Below, one piece after another: positions 1 through 12,758 of a DNA stretch of 64,000 bases. The translations under genes were made by a program, and so were the position numbers. The DNA is from Oikopleura dioica (Eukaryota > Animalia > Chordata), in the NCBI GenBank assembly GCA_907165135.1, contig OU015567.1, forward strand, positions 7,564,001-7,628,000. The letters run 5' to 3'. The notes below the pieces were generated by a model. That model saw only the letters and a list, made by a program, of their open reading frames with translations. It ran no database searches and was not told the origin of the DNA. How positions within the stretch are numbered: the first letter of the stretch is position 1; every line of letters starts with the position of its first letter.

Positions 1-159
1 AAACTCGGCGATTAGAAAAGCTCGTGCTAAGCAATTTTCAAGACATCTATTACAACGCCTGGATATATCATCAAGCCCTTATCCCAAGTGAATCTACTTT
101 TCTTTACATAATCAAACTATTAATGTTAAATTACTCCCTCTCACTAAAATCTCGAGTAC

Positions 160-927
160 CTGACGCCGCTGGTTTTCAAACACGATGAGTTATCACCGCG
201 CGGGTCCCATCCAGTGGTCGACCAGAAGAGATGATAGTCGGAATTGAAATGCACAAGTTGCTCGGGCATCTTTTTCGCGTAGTCGAGGTCGCACTCGCAT
301 AGATTTCTCTGGCAAGTGCCCGGCTTGTCCACGCAGATTACACCGCCGTTGGTTTTGCGCCATTTGTACTTGACGAGTTCGCCGATGCATTGCTCGCCAA
401 ACTCCATCTTTACGCATTTTTGGCAGTCTTTGTACTGCTTGCATACAACGTCTTTAGACTTGTTCAAGAATTGTTACATAAAGAATCGAATTGTCTATTT
501 GACGAAGCTAGCGTGTCTCGTGTACGTAATTGTTGATAAAAATCTTGAACAACATTCCTAAAGGATCAACCGGTCGTCCATAGCCAGGATCGCTCATTGG
601 GCGGTCGCCAAGGATCAAACAGTGGCATCCGTATGTCCAGTACTTAACACTTGATTGTCCAAAGAACAAAGAGAGTTTTTACCTTTCTTTCATCAAAAGA
701 AGGGTTGTAAAACTGCACGATCTTCAGCAAGTCCGAGTACCTTCTTCCCATCACCGAGATTCCCCCTAAAAAGAATCTTGATATTCCTAAATCATTACTT
801 TTTACCAACCTTGGGGTCGATTTCCATGTCGTCCTAGAATGCCCAACGAGTCGCTTTCATCCGCTTGCGCTTGTGTTCCGCTGAAAAAGGAAGCTCCGAA
901 AAGGGCAAAATTGAAAAACGATTTCAT
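160..927 (-). CDS. Secreted phospholipase A2-like protein, paralog 1 (3' part probably runs off the window start)
   Basis: Spliced reading: signal-like MKSFFNFALFGASFFSGTQAQ...YNPSFDERK|YWTYGCHCLILGDRPMSDPGYGRPVDPL|DVVCKQYKDCQKC...CQRNLCECDLDYAKK. It has the YGCxC loop and CECD of sPLA2; the catalytic HD is replaced by YK. Introns include a GA-AG intron at 452-557. Confidence 0.8.
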
Positions 928-1641
928 GATGTTGAAGTTCGCTGGTTGATAATTGCTTATTGCAATTAACTGGAAGTGAAATTTGTTTGATGAAATTTCC
1001 GGGCTGATGAGATTTTTTATATTGCTCGAGTTATATCAAATGGCGCCGTCTAGTGCACCGGCTGGTAGATATGATTTACGCCACGTGAGCGGATGGAACT
1101 GATTATCCCACAAGTTGGACAAACACGAAGCAGATTTTTAAAATATGAAATTCAGGATCCGGAAATTGCTGAAATCAGCTTCATGCGCTTTGATTTCCCA
1201 GATGGAAATTCTTCATGGGAACTCTCGATAACTACAGGAGGAACGAAGATGCACGTAACCGTAAAATCTCACCTCTACGGTGCCTATCTTGCCAAAATCC
1301 TAGACACGTTGCGAAGGCTAGAGAGGACATTTTCGAAAAAGTGTCCGTTGAAATTGTAAAAGCAAACATGCGATAATAATCATTATTCTCTTGATTTGAG
1401 GGTGAAACTATCAACCTAAAACTGAGAATCTTGCTGCTAAGACCTTTCGTTACATCATGCAGAAACTGGGTAAAATTGGTATACAATCTTTTGCTGTTTC
1501 ATAAGAATTTGGAGAGACGGAAAATCTTATCTTTCTGCAACTTTTAGACGCAAAACTCGTGCATAAACATGTTATCTTCTTTTTCGAAAATTTCCAGATT
1601 ACTCAGTCAGGAGTTTATTCAATCTTTTTCTTTTTCGACTT

Positions 1642-2656
1642 TCAAACATTCACAGTTTCAGTCTGTAGGCGTTTCTGAACAGCATCTTGGAAGAGGTTGA
1701 AAACCGGCTTCGCGGAATTGGCAGCTTTGTGGAGCGCGTCCATAAGATGACCCTGGAAATCGCCATCGGATTGAACCGCCAGCAGCTTTCCGGTTCGGGA
1801 GAATACTGCGTGAATTGAGCCTTTTATTGATGCTCAGAATTTAAATCGCCGACTCAGAATCGTTAATAGTTCGATTTTATAAGAAAAAGATCGAATATAT
1901 AATAATTTAGAGCACTTTCCTATCGAGTTATTAATATCTTCTAGCGTTGGGTTCCCTAAGATTTTAATGAGAAGACAAGTTCAAATTTGAATGTCATACC
2001 AATCAGATCAAGCGTCTTCTTCTCATCAACAGTTGAAGCTAGAAGAGCTACAGTTCCTCCAGCAGCAACGTGGTGCATTTGTATTCCAGCGTCTAACATG
2101 GCGAGAATCGCGCAATTTACTAAAATAACATTTTGTAAAACACTGTTTGCTTTCACCCTTGAGGTTTCTCTTTTACAAATGACAACTGTGTGCTGTCATA
2201 ATCAATAATTTTACCTAAGGGAGTCACGCAAAACTCTGTTTCGAGCGGTTGCAAAACAATCTGAATCTGACATCTAGGGTTGGCTTCTTTCTGGACGAGG
2301 GAGGAGAGAAGACCCGAGATGGTCCTTTCAATTTGTCGGTGAACAGGTCCAGCTTGCTGATTCGACGGGGGATGAAGAATCACATTGACTGTAACTCGCA
2401 TCGGATCCTGTTCTCGCTCCTTTGCTTCTACAGGGCCGTTGACTCCGCAAACGACTGTTCCAAGCTCGGAAACGAGCATCGCTGATCCATCGCAACGACT
2501 AAACAGTGAAATCACGGTTTTGCGGAAATTCAATTTCGATTGAAATTTGCAAAGTTACCGAACGAAAGGGAGTTTTTTCACTCCATTATAATCTTGGGCG
2601 GGGTTTGTTTTCCCTCGCCCGATAGATTTGATTTCCCTTGAACTAGGAAACAACAT
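1642..2656 (-). CDS. EXOSC5: Exosome complex component RRP46 (RNase PH-like)
   Basis: RCDGSAMLVSELGTVVCGVNGPVEAK...NPRCQIQIVLQ...LVNCAILAMLDAGIQM...IHAVFSRTGKLLAVQSDGDF matches the RRP46 pattern. Five exons traced; the start codon is tentative. Confidence 0.8.
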
Positions 2657-3227
2657 TTTTTCTTTCAAAGTAGCTTTGAAAGCAACTTTACTTCAGTCCA
2701 AAGAATAGAGCTGAACAAGCGCTGTTAGAAATTCTGTCTGCCAAGGGCAGGTTTATTAACCTCTGACTGATGATTGACAGAAGGTCAGAAAATTAATCGA
2801 TCGACAGGTACTCGACAAATCGATCGAAACATCACACGTTTACGGCCACTGTTTTGTAATTCTTACTTTCTCTGAAATTCTAGCGAGTCAATTCTTACCT
2901 CAAACATCCTAGTCTAACTTCGACTTCTTTCTGCTTCTGAATTTGTGATGGGTGCAGTTCTGCTTCTTTTCTTCCCATCGTTATCGCTCTCGAAGACTCT
3001 CAAACCTTCCTTCTCAAAACCTCGAAATTCTTTCTTTCTTTCTCCAGTGAGACTGGCCAATCAGCGAGCAAGAAGAACTCAGTCGGAATCGAAACGGGGC
3101 AAATTGTGTGAAGGCTTCACTGAAGCCACTACTATTCAAGAGATGTGCAGCAGAACTGCTGGTTTTCTCTCAACAACTTTTCTTAAAGTTATTTGTCAGT
3201 TATATCAATCACACGATGATTCATAAA

Positions 3228-3809
3228 TTGATGAATGAAAATGGCATTCTCGGGACCAAATCATGACCCCCTTCTTTCTAGTGCTTATCTGAAAGCCCAT
3301 GATCTTAGGAGTCGAATGGTATGTTACTTAGGGTCTGAGTCATAGAAAATGACGTCATTTTGCTCGAAATAAGGCCCTTATGGGGAAAACCTATGTAGTG
3401 CCATAACTTTTTATTGAACATATAAAAAGATATTGATCTTAGGCTCATTCGAAAGAGCAGCTCGAGATCTAGGTCGGGAGAGGAAAATCGCAGTCAACCA
3501 CCCGGTCAACCACGTGGTCAAAATTTTGAAACCGGCCGGTTCAACGTGGTTTATGGCTCCCGACCTAGATCTCAAGTTCCTCTTACGAATGAGCCCAAAA
3601 TCACTATACTTTTATGTGTTCAATAAAAAGTTATGGCACTACATAGGTTTTCCCCATAAGGCCCTCATTTCGACCAAAATGTCGTCATTATCTATGACTC
3701 AGTCCCTAAGTTACATACCATTCGACTCTTCAGATCATGGGCTTTCAGATAAGCTCTAGAAAGAAGGGGGTCATAATTTGGTCCCGAGAATGCTATTTTC
3801 ATTCATCAA
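3228..3809. mobile_element. Foldback/MITE-like element with about 245-bp imperfect inverted arms
   Basis: The left arm begins TTGATGAATGAAAATGGCATTCTCGGGACCAAAT; the right arm ends ATTTGGTCCCGAGAATGCTATTTTCATTCATCAA. Complementarity continues inward to about 3472/3560. No clear TSD. Confidence 0.8.
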
Positions 3810-6270
3810 ATAGAACAAATAGAATTTCAAACAGATGTCCCCTGTAAGAGGCATCTTGTAACAATGCTGTCGTGTGAAGCGTTTTCACTACTGTAACTAT
3901 TTCAAAATAGCGCATTACCCGTTTAGGGGCGATTCCGAAACCCGTTGCTCTTTTCGTATTTCCGGCGGGTTGTTTTCTCCCGCTGAGCAATTTGAATACA
4001 AAACGGAAAAAAGTTTTCGTAACAGTTAGAAAAACGTAGTGAAAGAGACAATGTGTCAGCTTGGTTTTTTTTCTATTGTAATTTGTCAAAGTTAGCGGGG
4101 GGTACTCTGATCTGCGAAAATGCAACGTGGTTTGTTCAGGGAATACTAGCTTCAATAATGTTTTTAGTTTATGATAGAAGGATGATGTTCTCCCGGGCTT
4201 CTGTCTCTCGCCCATCGTGGACGTTTTAAGGGTTATACCTTCGATTTCCCAAAAGTCTGAAAAAACCTTTTTTCTTGCTAGAAATGAGCTGTTTTATCTG
4301 ACAGTCAAGTCAACTGTAAAAAATCACACATTAGTTCACCGCAACTGTGCAACGCTTTAATTGCCACTTGTTAATTACCAGCCACGATGGCTTGTTGTTC
4401 CCGTTAATTTCTGGCAACACAGGAATCAGCCCAATTCCTGTATTTGTTTTGTTGGAGGAGGTTATATCATCACGCCACGCAAGTTTCCTGAAACTTAAAC
4501 GTTCAAGTCAGGTTCATCCAAATCGGATAGACGGAGATCATAAGATGATTGTGAGCCAAGACTAATCAGACAGAACCTGCAAATAAACGAGAAAGCTGTG
4601 AAAATCACATTTTCACAGAAATGCTTCTCGTTTTCTTTTTCGTTTTATAAATTATAATTCCTTCATGGTAAATTCTGGTAACAGGTCATTTTATTCATAA
4701 GTCTCATTTTATTAATTTCAATATCTCTAATGTTCGTTGCACAAAATTTTTACGATTGGGCCACATTTTGTCACTATAGTTTTCTTAATTCCATCTGCAT
4801 CATTTTATCTTTCTTTCAAAAAAATTACTTTTGAATTTTAGTTCATTTCATATTTTTTGCTTTTTACATCAGATGATATCTGTTCCGCTGCTCCAAAATC
4901 AATAATTCGATCAATCAATAACTGTCGTTTTTTCAAAAATTAATGATTCTCAAAGATAATTTTTGAGTACTTACAGAATAAATACCCCCTGTATCTTCAG
5001 TCGATTCGGGAGTCAGTAACTTTCGTGACTGTTCGACCCTTCTAAAGCGAATTCTGGAGCTTTTACTGAATAAGTGCTTGTATGTCAAAACTGGTCCACG
5101 TGATGGTTGACGTAAGCTGCTCGATGGTTTCATAAACGCAAGCAGCGATTTCGCTTTCAGCCTAAAAGGATTGCGCGACCGTCAAAAGAATACGCGTTCG
5201 AGCGCGTGCCAAACGGGCCCATAATTTACCACCTCACTCTATAAATATTCACCACTAAGGCTCACCATAATTGCACAAAGACTAATTGGCTAAGTTCCTG
5301 CCCGGCGGAAATCTTGTCTTTTTTCATGAACAAAAAAAAACGAAATTGAATCAATTTGTCACGTGATCAAAAGTAAAAAAAGGCTGTTTATCCTGACATA
5401 CTTGAAGTTCCATTTTTACCGTATTAGAGAAACGATTTTAGAAAAATTGAGGCGGGAAAATGATTGAATGCTAAGTGTCCCGATAGCGTCCGATAAGAAA
5501 ACCTTATGAACAGATTACGAATCGACACGTAATTATTACCCTACTTATTAGACCCTGATGGAGCTTCGCCCGATTTCCTCACCATCCTTCCTCTTTTTTT
5601 TTTCACTGGAAAAGCCGCACTTATGCACATTTGGGCACCACAAGCAGCTGAAAAGCAAGCCATTCTAAAAGTTGCCAACGTGTGTATTATGCCATATTTC
5701 TCGAAATTTTATTTGAATTTTAATTCAACTAGAGGCGTACCAGATAGTCAATGGCATGCAATGTCAGTTAAGTTTATAGCAGGGAAAAGGGCTACAGAGA
5801 AAGATGTCTTATTGGTAATATTGCACTTGGGCTCTTCCGTGAATGGAAATTTCTCCATCGATCTTTTTGCGGGTTAATCTCTTTGTCGCTTCGGATATAA
5901 TGGCGAGAGCTTCAAAATTAACCTTTCCTTGTTTCTATGAGAAAACGAGATCTTCTGTTCATCGGCAATAGCAATCTTTGCGCGGCAAATTTCCGTTCCT
6001 ACAAAATTGATTTTACAACAGTAAAAAACGGCGCGATCCCCTTAAATTCTCTAGCATCTAATCTGGCCAAAGAATATTTGGCGCTCTCGCTAAATGCTTG
6101 GTGGCTGCACTCATGATGCAACTCGACATTGCTTTTAAAATTGCGACTGTTTTGAATCTCTAAACTATCTCCAAATCACTCAACCAAAATACCGTGAAGT
6201 GAATTAGAAAGATGAACTAAAATTCCAGTTTCTCTGAAGCTGATTCTCTTCATGTTCCTGCTTTCGGTTT

Positions 6271-9200
6271 CAAACTTGGCTGCAAAGAACCCCGGGTTCA
6301 ATATTATTTCTCGCAAGATTACCGTCGTTTCCGTCTTCTTGAATAATCTTCACCACGAATTCGCCACTAATCTCCTCATCTGCGTCTTCACAAATCTGAA
6401 TTTTAATTTATCTCAGCCTTTCTGAGCCGGATGAAATTCTGTTTTGACTTGACGAACGCGGAAAAATATTCACCATCGTTTTAAATGGCCAGGTTACGTA
6501 GTGCCTCCTTTTTTAACCAAAAGAGTTCATCCTATCAAAATATTTTATATCTCTTCTTACAATTTAAAACCATCAATAGCCAGCTTACCATGAACTCAGC
6601 TCTATCAAAATGGACAAATCCAAAGTTATTTTCCGGGTCAATTTTTCCTCGTCCTAGTTCCAAGCTGGGCTCGGCAACCTGAGTAGAAAACCTGAGTCTG
6701 GCTCTGAAAGAGCTAAAATGAAAAGCAGCGTAGCGGCTTTTCAAAAAGAAGCCGCAAAGCGGCTTCGCCAGAAGTTTAAGGAAAATTTATGTGATTTATT
6801 TGCAAAGTCGCTTCGCGGCTTCGTTTGTATAAAAGCCGCTACGCGGCTTTTCATTTTAGCTCTCCAGAGTCTGAATCAGGTTTTCTACTCAGGTTGCTGA
6901 GCCCAGGTTCCAAGACCTTTCCATTCTCGAGCTCTAGAATCGCCAAATACACTTCCTCCCCACTTTCATAGCCAGCTGTGTCGGTAGGAATGCCACATAG
7001 ATCGCGAAGGTAAAACTGAAAAAACTCAGGTTCATAAGAGTTTCTTAGAAATTTACAAATTCTAGCGCGCGTAAAATCGATTCTAAAATATGCTTTATCA
7101 AATAAAATCAATGAAAAAGAAGTCTGCAAAAATACCGAAAGGAAAAGCTAAAAATCACTGCAGCGAAAAATAATTACGAAACTCTCGTTGTTGGAGCATG
7201 TGTTACAAGAATCACATCAAAAATTTAATGAAAAAAGAAGAAAGAAAACCTGAAAAACTTTCTTCTTTTCCTTTCCTTCCTCTAACTCTTCCACAGAAAC
7301 AGGTTTTTTGAGGTCGATAAGACAGTGAATTCGACCGCCTTCCGGAGCCTTCAAATCAAACCACTCGTCCGTAACACCCTTGTTCCACAATTTCTTCAGG
7401 TTGATTTTCACTTTCCCAAGAGGTTCTTCTGAATATTCCTGCAGTTTGTCTTCCAGTGGCTTCTTTAGAATATCAGGAATGAGGTCTGTTTTCTCTTTGA
7501 TTTCTTCAACTTTTTTGTTCAAAAAACCAAAGGAGCTTTTTTCCTGGGCTCAAGAAAAGTTGGCTCGAAAACATGAATAGAAAACTTCAGTCACTGCTCG
7601 AAAAATCTTTAACGAAAAGCCGCGTAGCGGCTTTTGAATAAGAAGCCGCAAAGTGGCTTCGGAAAATCTTATTTTCAATCAATTTGCAATTTGCTTTGCG
7701 GCTTCGTTTTCAAAAAAGCCGCGATGCGGCTTTTTGCTAGAGATTTTTCAGACCCTGACTCAGGTTTTCTAAACAGGTTGCCCACGAAAAGCCTCATTAT
7801 GAAGTGGTTGACTTAATTCTCGAGCCCAATTCCTGCCCATAAATCCGCCGAAGCCTTTGTTGATTTTCTTGCCAAGTCCAAAAGGAAGACTTTCTATTTG
7901 CTCGGTCGGCAATTGCTCAACGATTTCGGGAACAAGTTTCTCGAAATCGTCCGAGTCGATGACTTCAAGTAGGAGCTGTGCATTCTTCCGAAACACCGAG
8001 AACACCTGTCAAGATTGAAGAGATTATTGAGACGTACGAAAACGTGTTGAATTTCCGATAAGAATGACTTGGTATAAAATTTGCTTCTTTCAACAAGGGC
8101 GCTCTTTCCAAGTTCTGGTAGATAAGATAAAGAAACTAATGGTACAAAGATCAAATCCAAGAAAGAAAGAAATTTACTAATTTTGAGCTCGGCAACCTGT
8201 GTAGGAAACCTGAGCCAGGGTCTGAAAAAGCAAAGAAAAGCCGCGTAGCGGCTTTTTAAAACGAAGCCGCAAAGCGGCTTTGCCAAAATTTTAAGATTGA
8301 TTGAAGTTGTAACATTTGCTACACCGCTTTTCATTCAGACCCTGACTCAGGTTTTCTTCAAAAATTGCCGACCCTAGATCTTGGTTGTCTTACATATTTA
8401 GCCCAGGGACTCCCTGGCAGGGAGGACAATGCTAACCACTCCTCGGTTCTGGGAAAAGTGATAGAACTGATCATTTTAATTGCTACTTTGAGGACATATA
8501 TTATGATAATTACGCAAGATCAACTTAAATTTAGAATGCACGTGTCTAGCCATTGGAAAAACCCGCTACTCATAGTTCATCGATTATGGAAATGCAACGC
8601 AAATGACAAAGGCGAGAGGCGCAATTATGCTTACCGTCTTGAAGTCCCACGTTGGGTTCAGCTCGTTTTTGATCACTGGAGTTCTATTTTTTGGGATTGG
8701 CGGAAAGAAAAAATGAAGTATTTATCAAAATTTCACTTTGGATTTTAAAAGTCACTTTTGGTGAAAAAAATGCGGGCTTTTGGTCGTTTCCTATTTCGAA
8801 ATTACTACAGGAAGGGTTTATTAGATCATGTAAGTATCTCGAAAATTGCTCCCTTCGCCTAAACAATTGAAGGCTGCTTTAGAAGGTGTTTGATTGATCC
8901 GCGGCGCTCCTCAATGTCTTGAGTATGTTGTTTGACTCGGGTATTTTTAGCTGCTTGGAGGTGCACCTGTTACCCGGCCGCCTGTAAAAAATGTGTTCCG
9001 TTAATCCCTGCCTGGCTTGATTCCGCGGGTCTAAATAGACTTTCACAAAAGGGTCCGAAGCGCCTTGCCCAGGTGTCTGAAATATTTCTTGAAGAAAAAG
9101 TGAAGTCAGTCAAGAATTTCTCGATTTCAAAATTGATGAATTAACCCAGCTACAAATTAAGAATCGCATAAATTTTTGTTAGCGCTTTATCACCGATTCC

Positions 9201-11206
9201 GATCTCGCACCTAAAATGACCCCTTTCGTCTGGAAGCCACAAGGTCGGCAGAAATTTATGAATCGAATTTATACAACCGGAGCGGGTTGGTGCCCGAGCT
9301 CTAAGCAAAACTCAGCTTTGTTAGGACACGTGCACCTGCTCCCGGGCTGAGCATGAGCTGGAGCTGGATTCATTCAAAAGAGGATTGATAGACTCACGCT
9401 GTCCAGATCAGGCAAATCAGCTGCTTCCAGCACGTTAACGGCAACGATTCTAGCCGGCAACGGGAATTTGTAGACTAAACACGCACATTTCAAAATATAC
9501 CAGATATAGAATAAGCTCAAATAAATCTTTCAGCTGAATATTTTCTGACTAAAAAACTTACCGGAGGGATCTTTATTGGCTGATTTAGGGGTTAAAAAGC
9601 ATCATTATTTCCTGACCTCGGCAACGTGAGTAGAAAACCTGAGTCAGGGTTCTAAAAGAGTAAAATCAAAAGCCGCACAGCGGCTTTTAAACGAAGCCGC
9701 GAAGCGGCTTCGCCAAAGTTTCCAACTTAATGAACTATTTTAACCAGCGAAGCCGCTTCGCGGCTTCGTAAAAGCGCTACGCGGCTTTTCAGTTTACTCT
9801 TTAAGAACCCAGACTCAGGTTTTCTAGTCAGATTGCCGAGCCCAGATTTCTGCAATTAGTAAAAAATTCTTAATTTTAACCCATTTCTAGCGGAATAACC
9901 ATCCTTTCAGGCTCCAAGAGTTGCGTCGCTATCGCGTCTTTAAGTGCCTTCTTTACGTTTTTGTGAATAAAGGGTTGATTAGCGATCGCAGCCGACTGAA
10001 AAAGCGAAAAAGTGAAGTGACGTAAGCGGGGAAGGCTTTTAATACGGCGAGTACTAACCTTTGTCAATTTGAAATCCACGTCGGGCGCTTCTGTGAAGTA
10101 ACACACGATCGCAGAAATGAATGGAACTGTCGACGTGAGGTCTTTAAACTCGATCTTTTCGACCTGTTACGAACGCGGCTGCTTTTTAACCCGCCCACCT
10201 GCATTGGCCCTTTGAAGGTCAGATTTTTGACGCCAAAGGAAAGGTTCGCCATGGCTGTGCCGACTTCAATCGCGAATGTGGCATCTCCATCGTAGTCGAC
10301 GTCAACTTCTAGCGCGATGTTGTCTTTTCCGATTTCGATGATTCTAGCTTCAGATTTTCAAACATTCTTGAGTCTGGGCTCGGCAACTCGTATCGAAAAC
10401 CTGACTCAGGGTCGGAGAAATCTTAATGAAAAGCCGCGTAGCGGCTTTTAAACGAAGCCGCGGAGCGGCTTTGCAAAAATTATTTTCTAAGCTATTTGAA
10501 AAAGCCTATTTCTAAATTCTAGCGAAGCGGCTTTTCATTTAACATCTCTCAGCTCCTCAGGTTTTAGACACAGGTTGCTGAGCCCAGGCCCGATAATTGT
10601 CGTATATTTTGAAAATCTGATCCTTGGGTTGGTGATTTTCGGCACAGCTGATCCCATGGACGACTCAGTGAACCGGAAGAAGTTCATGAAGGAACTAGTG
10701 TTCTAGGGTCCGCTATCAGCTCTTCCGTTTTATCACTTATGTTCAAAAAGGCTTCTGTATTCGGAAGCAGATAACGTGAACAGCCACGTTGGATTTCGCA
10801 GCGGTAGAATTTTTAAAAAGCCAAAATTTCATAGAGTTAGGAAATTTGATTATTTTTGGAGAATTTAAATTAGCCCCCAAGAATGGCATGCGTATTAAAA
10901 TGAGCTCTCCAACTCAGCTCTTTTAAACTGCAGGTTGAATAAGAAATTTTTCTTTTACCAAAGTCTGAGAAAAAGCAATGACCGGAAAAGAATTTTTCGA
11001 CTACAGTAAACAAAGTAGTAATTAACGTTTTTCCTTAATTGCTGAAGAACAAAACGGACCCAAAGCCTGAAATCAAAGCTGCCACTAATTGAACTAGTGA
11101 TACAGCCCAACAGCTCACTCTGTATGTATTTTGCCGCGTGTGGCCAAATCGAGCTCATTATCCCACCCATCAGATCACCCGTGAAATCTCCGGCGAGCTC
11201 TTCCAT
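6271..11206 (-). CDS. Extended-synaptotagmin-like protein (SMP domain + C2 domain(s)); both ends approximate
   Basis: SMP-like exons: IMSSIWPHAAKYIQSELL, FFRFTESSMGSAVPKITNPR, IALEVDVDYDGD, GVKNLTFKGPMQ, VCYFTEAPDVDFKLT, DAIATQLLEPERMVIPL. C2 motifs: YKFPLPARIVAVNVLEAADL, ASDPFVKVYL, RTPVIKNELNPTWD, LLEVIDSDD, LGKVKINL...EWFDL...GRIH. Confidence 0.7.
6665..6906. mobile_element. hAT-type MITE, family A copy 1 (8-bp TSD GTTCCAAG)
   Basis: TIRs CTGGGCTCGGCAACCTGAG / CTCAGGTTGCTGAGCCCAG. GTTCCAAG lies at both 6657-6664 and 6907-6914. Internal AAGCCGC-N3-GCGGCTT hairpins. Confidence 0.9.
7560..7786. mobile_element. MITE family A copy 2 (degenerate)
   Basis: Same internal AAAAGCCGCGTAGCGGCTTTT units and GACCCTGACTCAGGTTTTCT subterminal motif; TIRs eroded. 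Confidence 0.75.
8183..8377. mobile_element. MITE family A copy 3 (internally shortened)
   Basis: GCTCGGCAACCTGTGTAGGAAACCTGAG...AAAAGCCGCGTAGCGGCTTTT...CTCAGGTTTTC...TTGCCGACCCTAG. Confidence 0.8.
9612..9845. mobile_element. MITE family A copy 4
   Basis: CTGACCTCGGCAACGTGAGTAGAAAACCTGAG...ATTGCCGAGCCCAG with the same internal hairpins; intronic. Confidence 0.85.
10374..10586. mobile_element. MITE family A copy 5
   Basis: CTGGGCTCGGCAAC...CAGGTTGCTGAGCCCAG; intronic. Confidence 0.85.
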
Positions 11207-12516
11207 CCTCAAATATCCTCCTCACGGTTTACTCTTAATTTGTTCTTTCAAATTTGATGACTAGATTTATTGTGAACTTGAGCCAGAAGGACTCAAAGAA
11301 CAGCTGACGGTGGTGGATTAGCATCTCTCTTTCTCTTTAGCATTTTAAAAGACTATTTTTTGGGAACAAAAAGTTACGAGAAAAAAGTTATAGCAGCTTC
11401 TTTTATTGATACTTTTATTGACTTTTTCTTGATAAAAACTCTGTCTTCTGAGTCATTAAAAGCACAATTTCACTATTTCAAATGAAAGCAGTTTCAGTTA
11501 ACGACCCGCAATTCGTTGAAAATTTGATTCATTTATTTTTTAACGAGAGTGCTCTTTTTGCCCGTTCATTTGAAAAGTTGTTGCATAACATACTACCGGT
11601 ATTTACTGCTATTTCCGGTAAATAAGAGTTGATGCAATCAATTTCAAAATTGAGTTTTGAAAATTGGGGAGCAGAGATTTTTGATAAAACCCACAAAGAG
11701 GTCTCTCAGCGGGTAATCACATCAGAGGCGAAATAATCCCAGCCCGATGGAATTTCCAAATTTGATAATTTCTCCGCCTTTTCGCAAAAAATGGAACAAC
11801 TTTGGAGAAGGTGGGGAGTTAGAGGCGCGTGTGACCGAATCCTGTTTGAATGTGACCACCAAATCAGGCGGGATCACCCGCTGAGCCCCCTTATACGGTC
11901 GTGATAAGCAGCAGGGCGAGAGAGCGCCTGATCAAATGAGTTTTCACGCACTTGAAAAGCGAGAAAACCATGTTCTCAGATAAACAAACGGAGTTTTTCT
12001 AACTTCGGTTTGATTTTCGAATATCACGATTTTGGAAATCACATCAAAAACCTTGTCTCTCTATTCCCTAGCTGTGATAAAGAGGTCCATTCGTGAGTGT
12101 CTGCAAATGGAAGTCTTATCAAATAGAACATAAAGAAACGCAACGTGTATACTTTCGAAGCCGCCAATTTTTGGCTGAACGAAATTCTGGCAAAAGTCAC
12201 CCCAGCTGGGGGATCAATCGTCGGGGAGTTAATAATTTCGCAAAATAAAAATGCTGCATGTAACTTACTAGTAGATGACACGTGATATAGAGCTTTAAAA
12301 ACGCCATTTTGTAATCATCGGCCATTTGAAATCGTCTATCACGTGTTTCTCGTAATCCTCTAAAAGTTCAACGCAAAAAACTTTCGCTCTCTTGAGTAAT
12401 TACTCGTCAGAAATCTCAATAGAATGTCTAATTGGCCTCGTCATGAGTAGTCATGAGCATCGTTTTTACAAGTTTCGGCAATCGACCCTCACTTTTTTTG
12501 GACAAAGAGAGATCGA

Positions 12517-12758
12517 CTGGGCTTGGCAACCTGTGTAGAAAACCTAAGTCAGCCTTTGGAGAGCTAAAATGAAAAGCCGCGTAGCGGCTTTCTAAAAACA
12601 AAGCCGCAAAGCGGCTTCGCAACACCATTACTCTTATCTATTTTGAAATATTAGCGAAGCCGCTTTGCGGCTTCGTTTTTTAAAAAGCCGCTGCGCGGCT
12701 TTTCATTTTAGCATTTCAAAACCTGACTCAGGTTTTCTACACAGTCAGCCGACCCCAG
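12517..12758. mobile_element. MITE family A copy 6 (8-bp TSD GAGATCGA)
   Basis: CTGGGCTTGGCAACCTGTG...CAGCCGACCCCAG, flanked by GAGATCGA at 12509-12516 and 12759-12766. Confidence 0.9.

Noticed and set aside
1093-1359. 88-aa plus-strand ORF between the PLA2-like gene and EXOSC5
   Set aside because: No recognisable motif or confident splice structure.
4860-5133. Possible gene with a kinase-like IIDFG motif
   Set aside because: No other kinase motifs (HRD, VAIK, APE) found nearby; cannot be supported.
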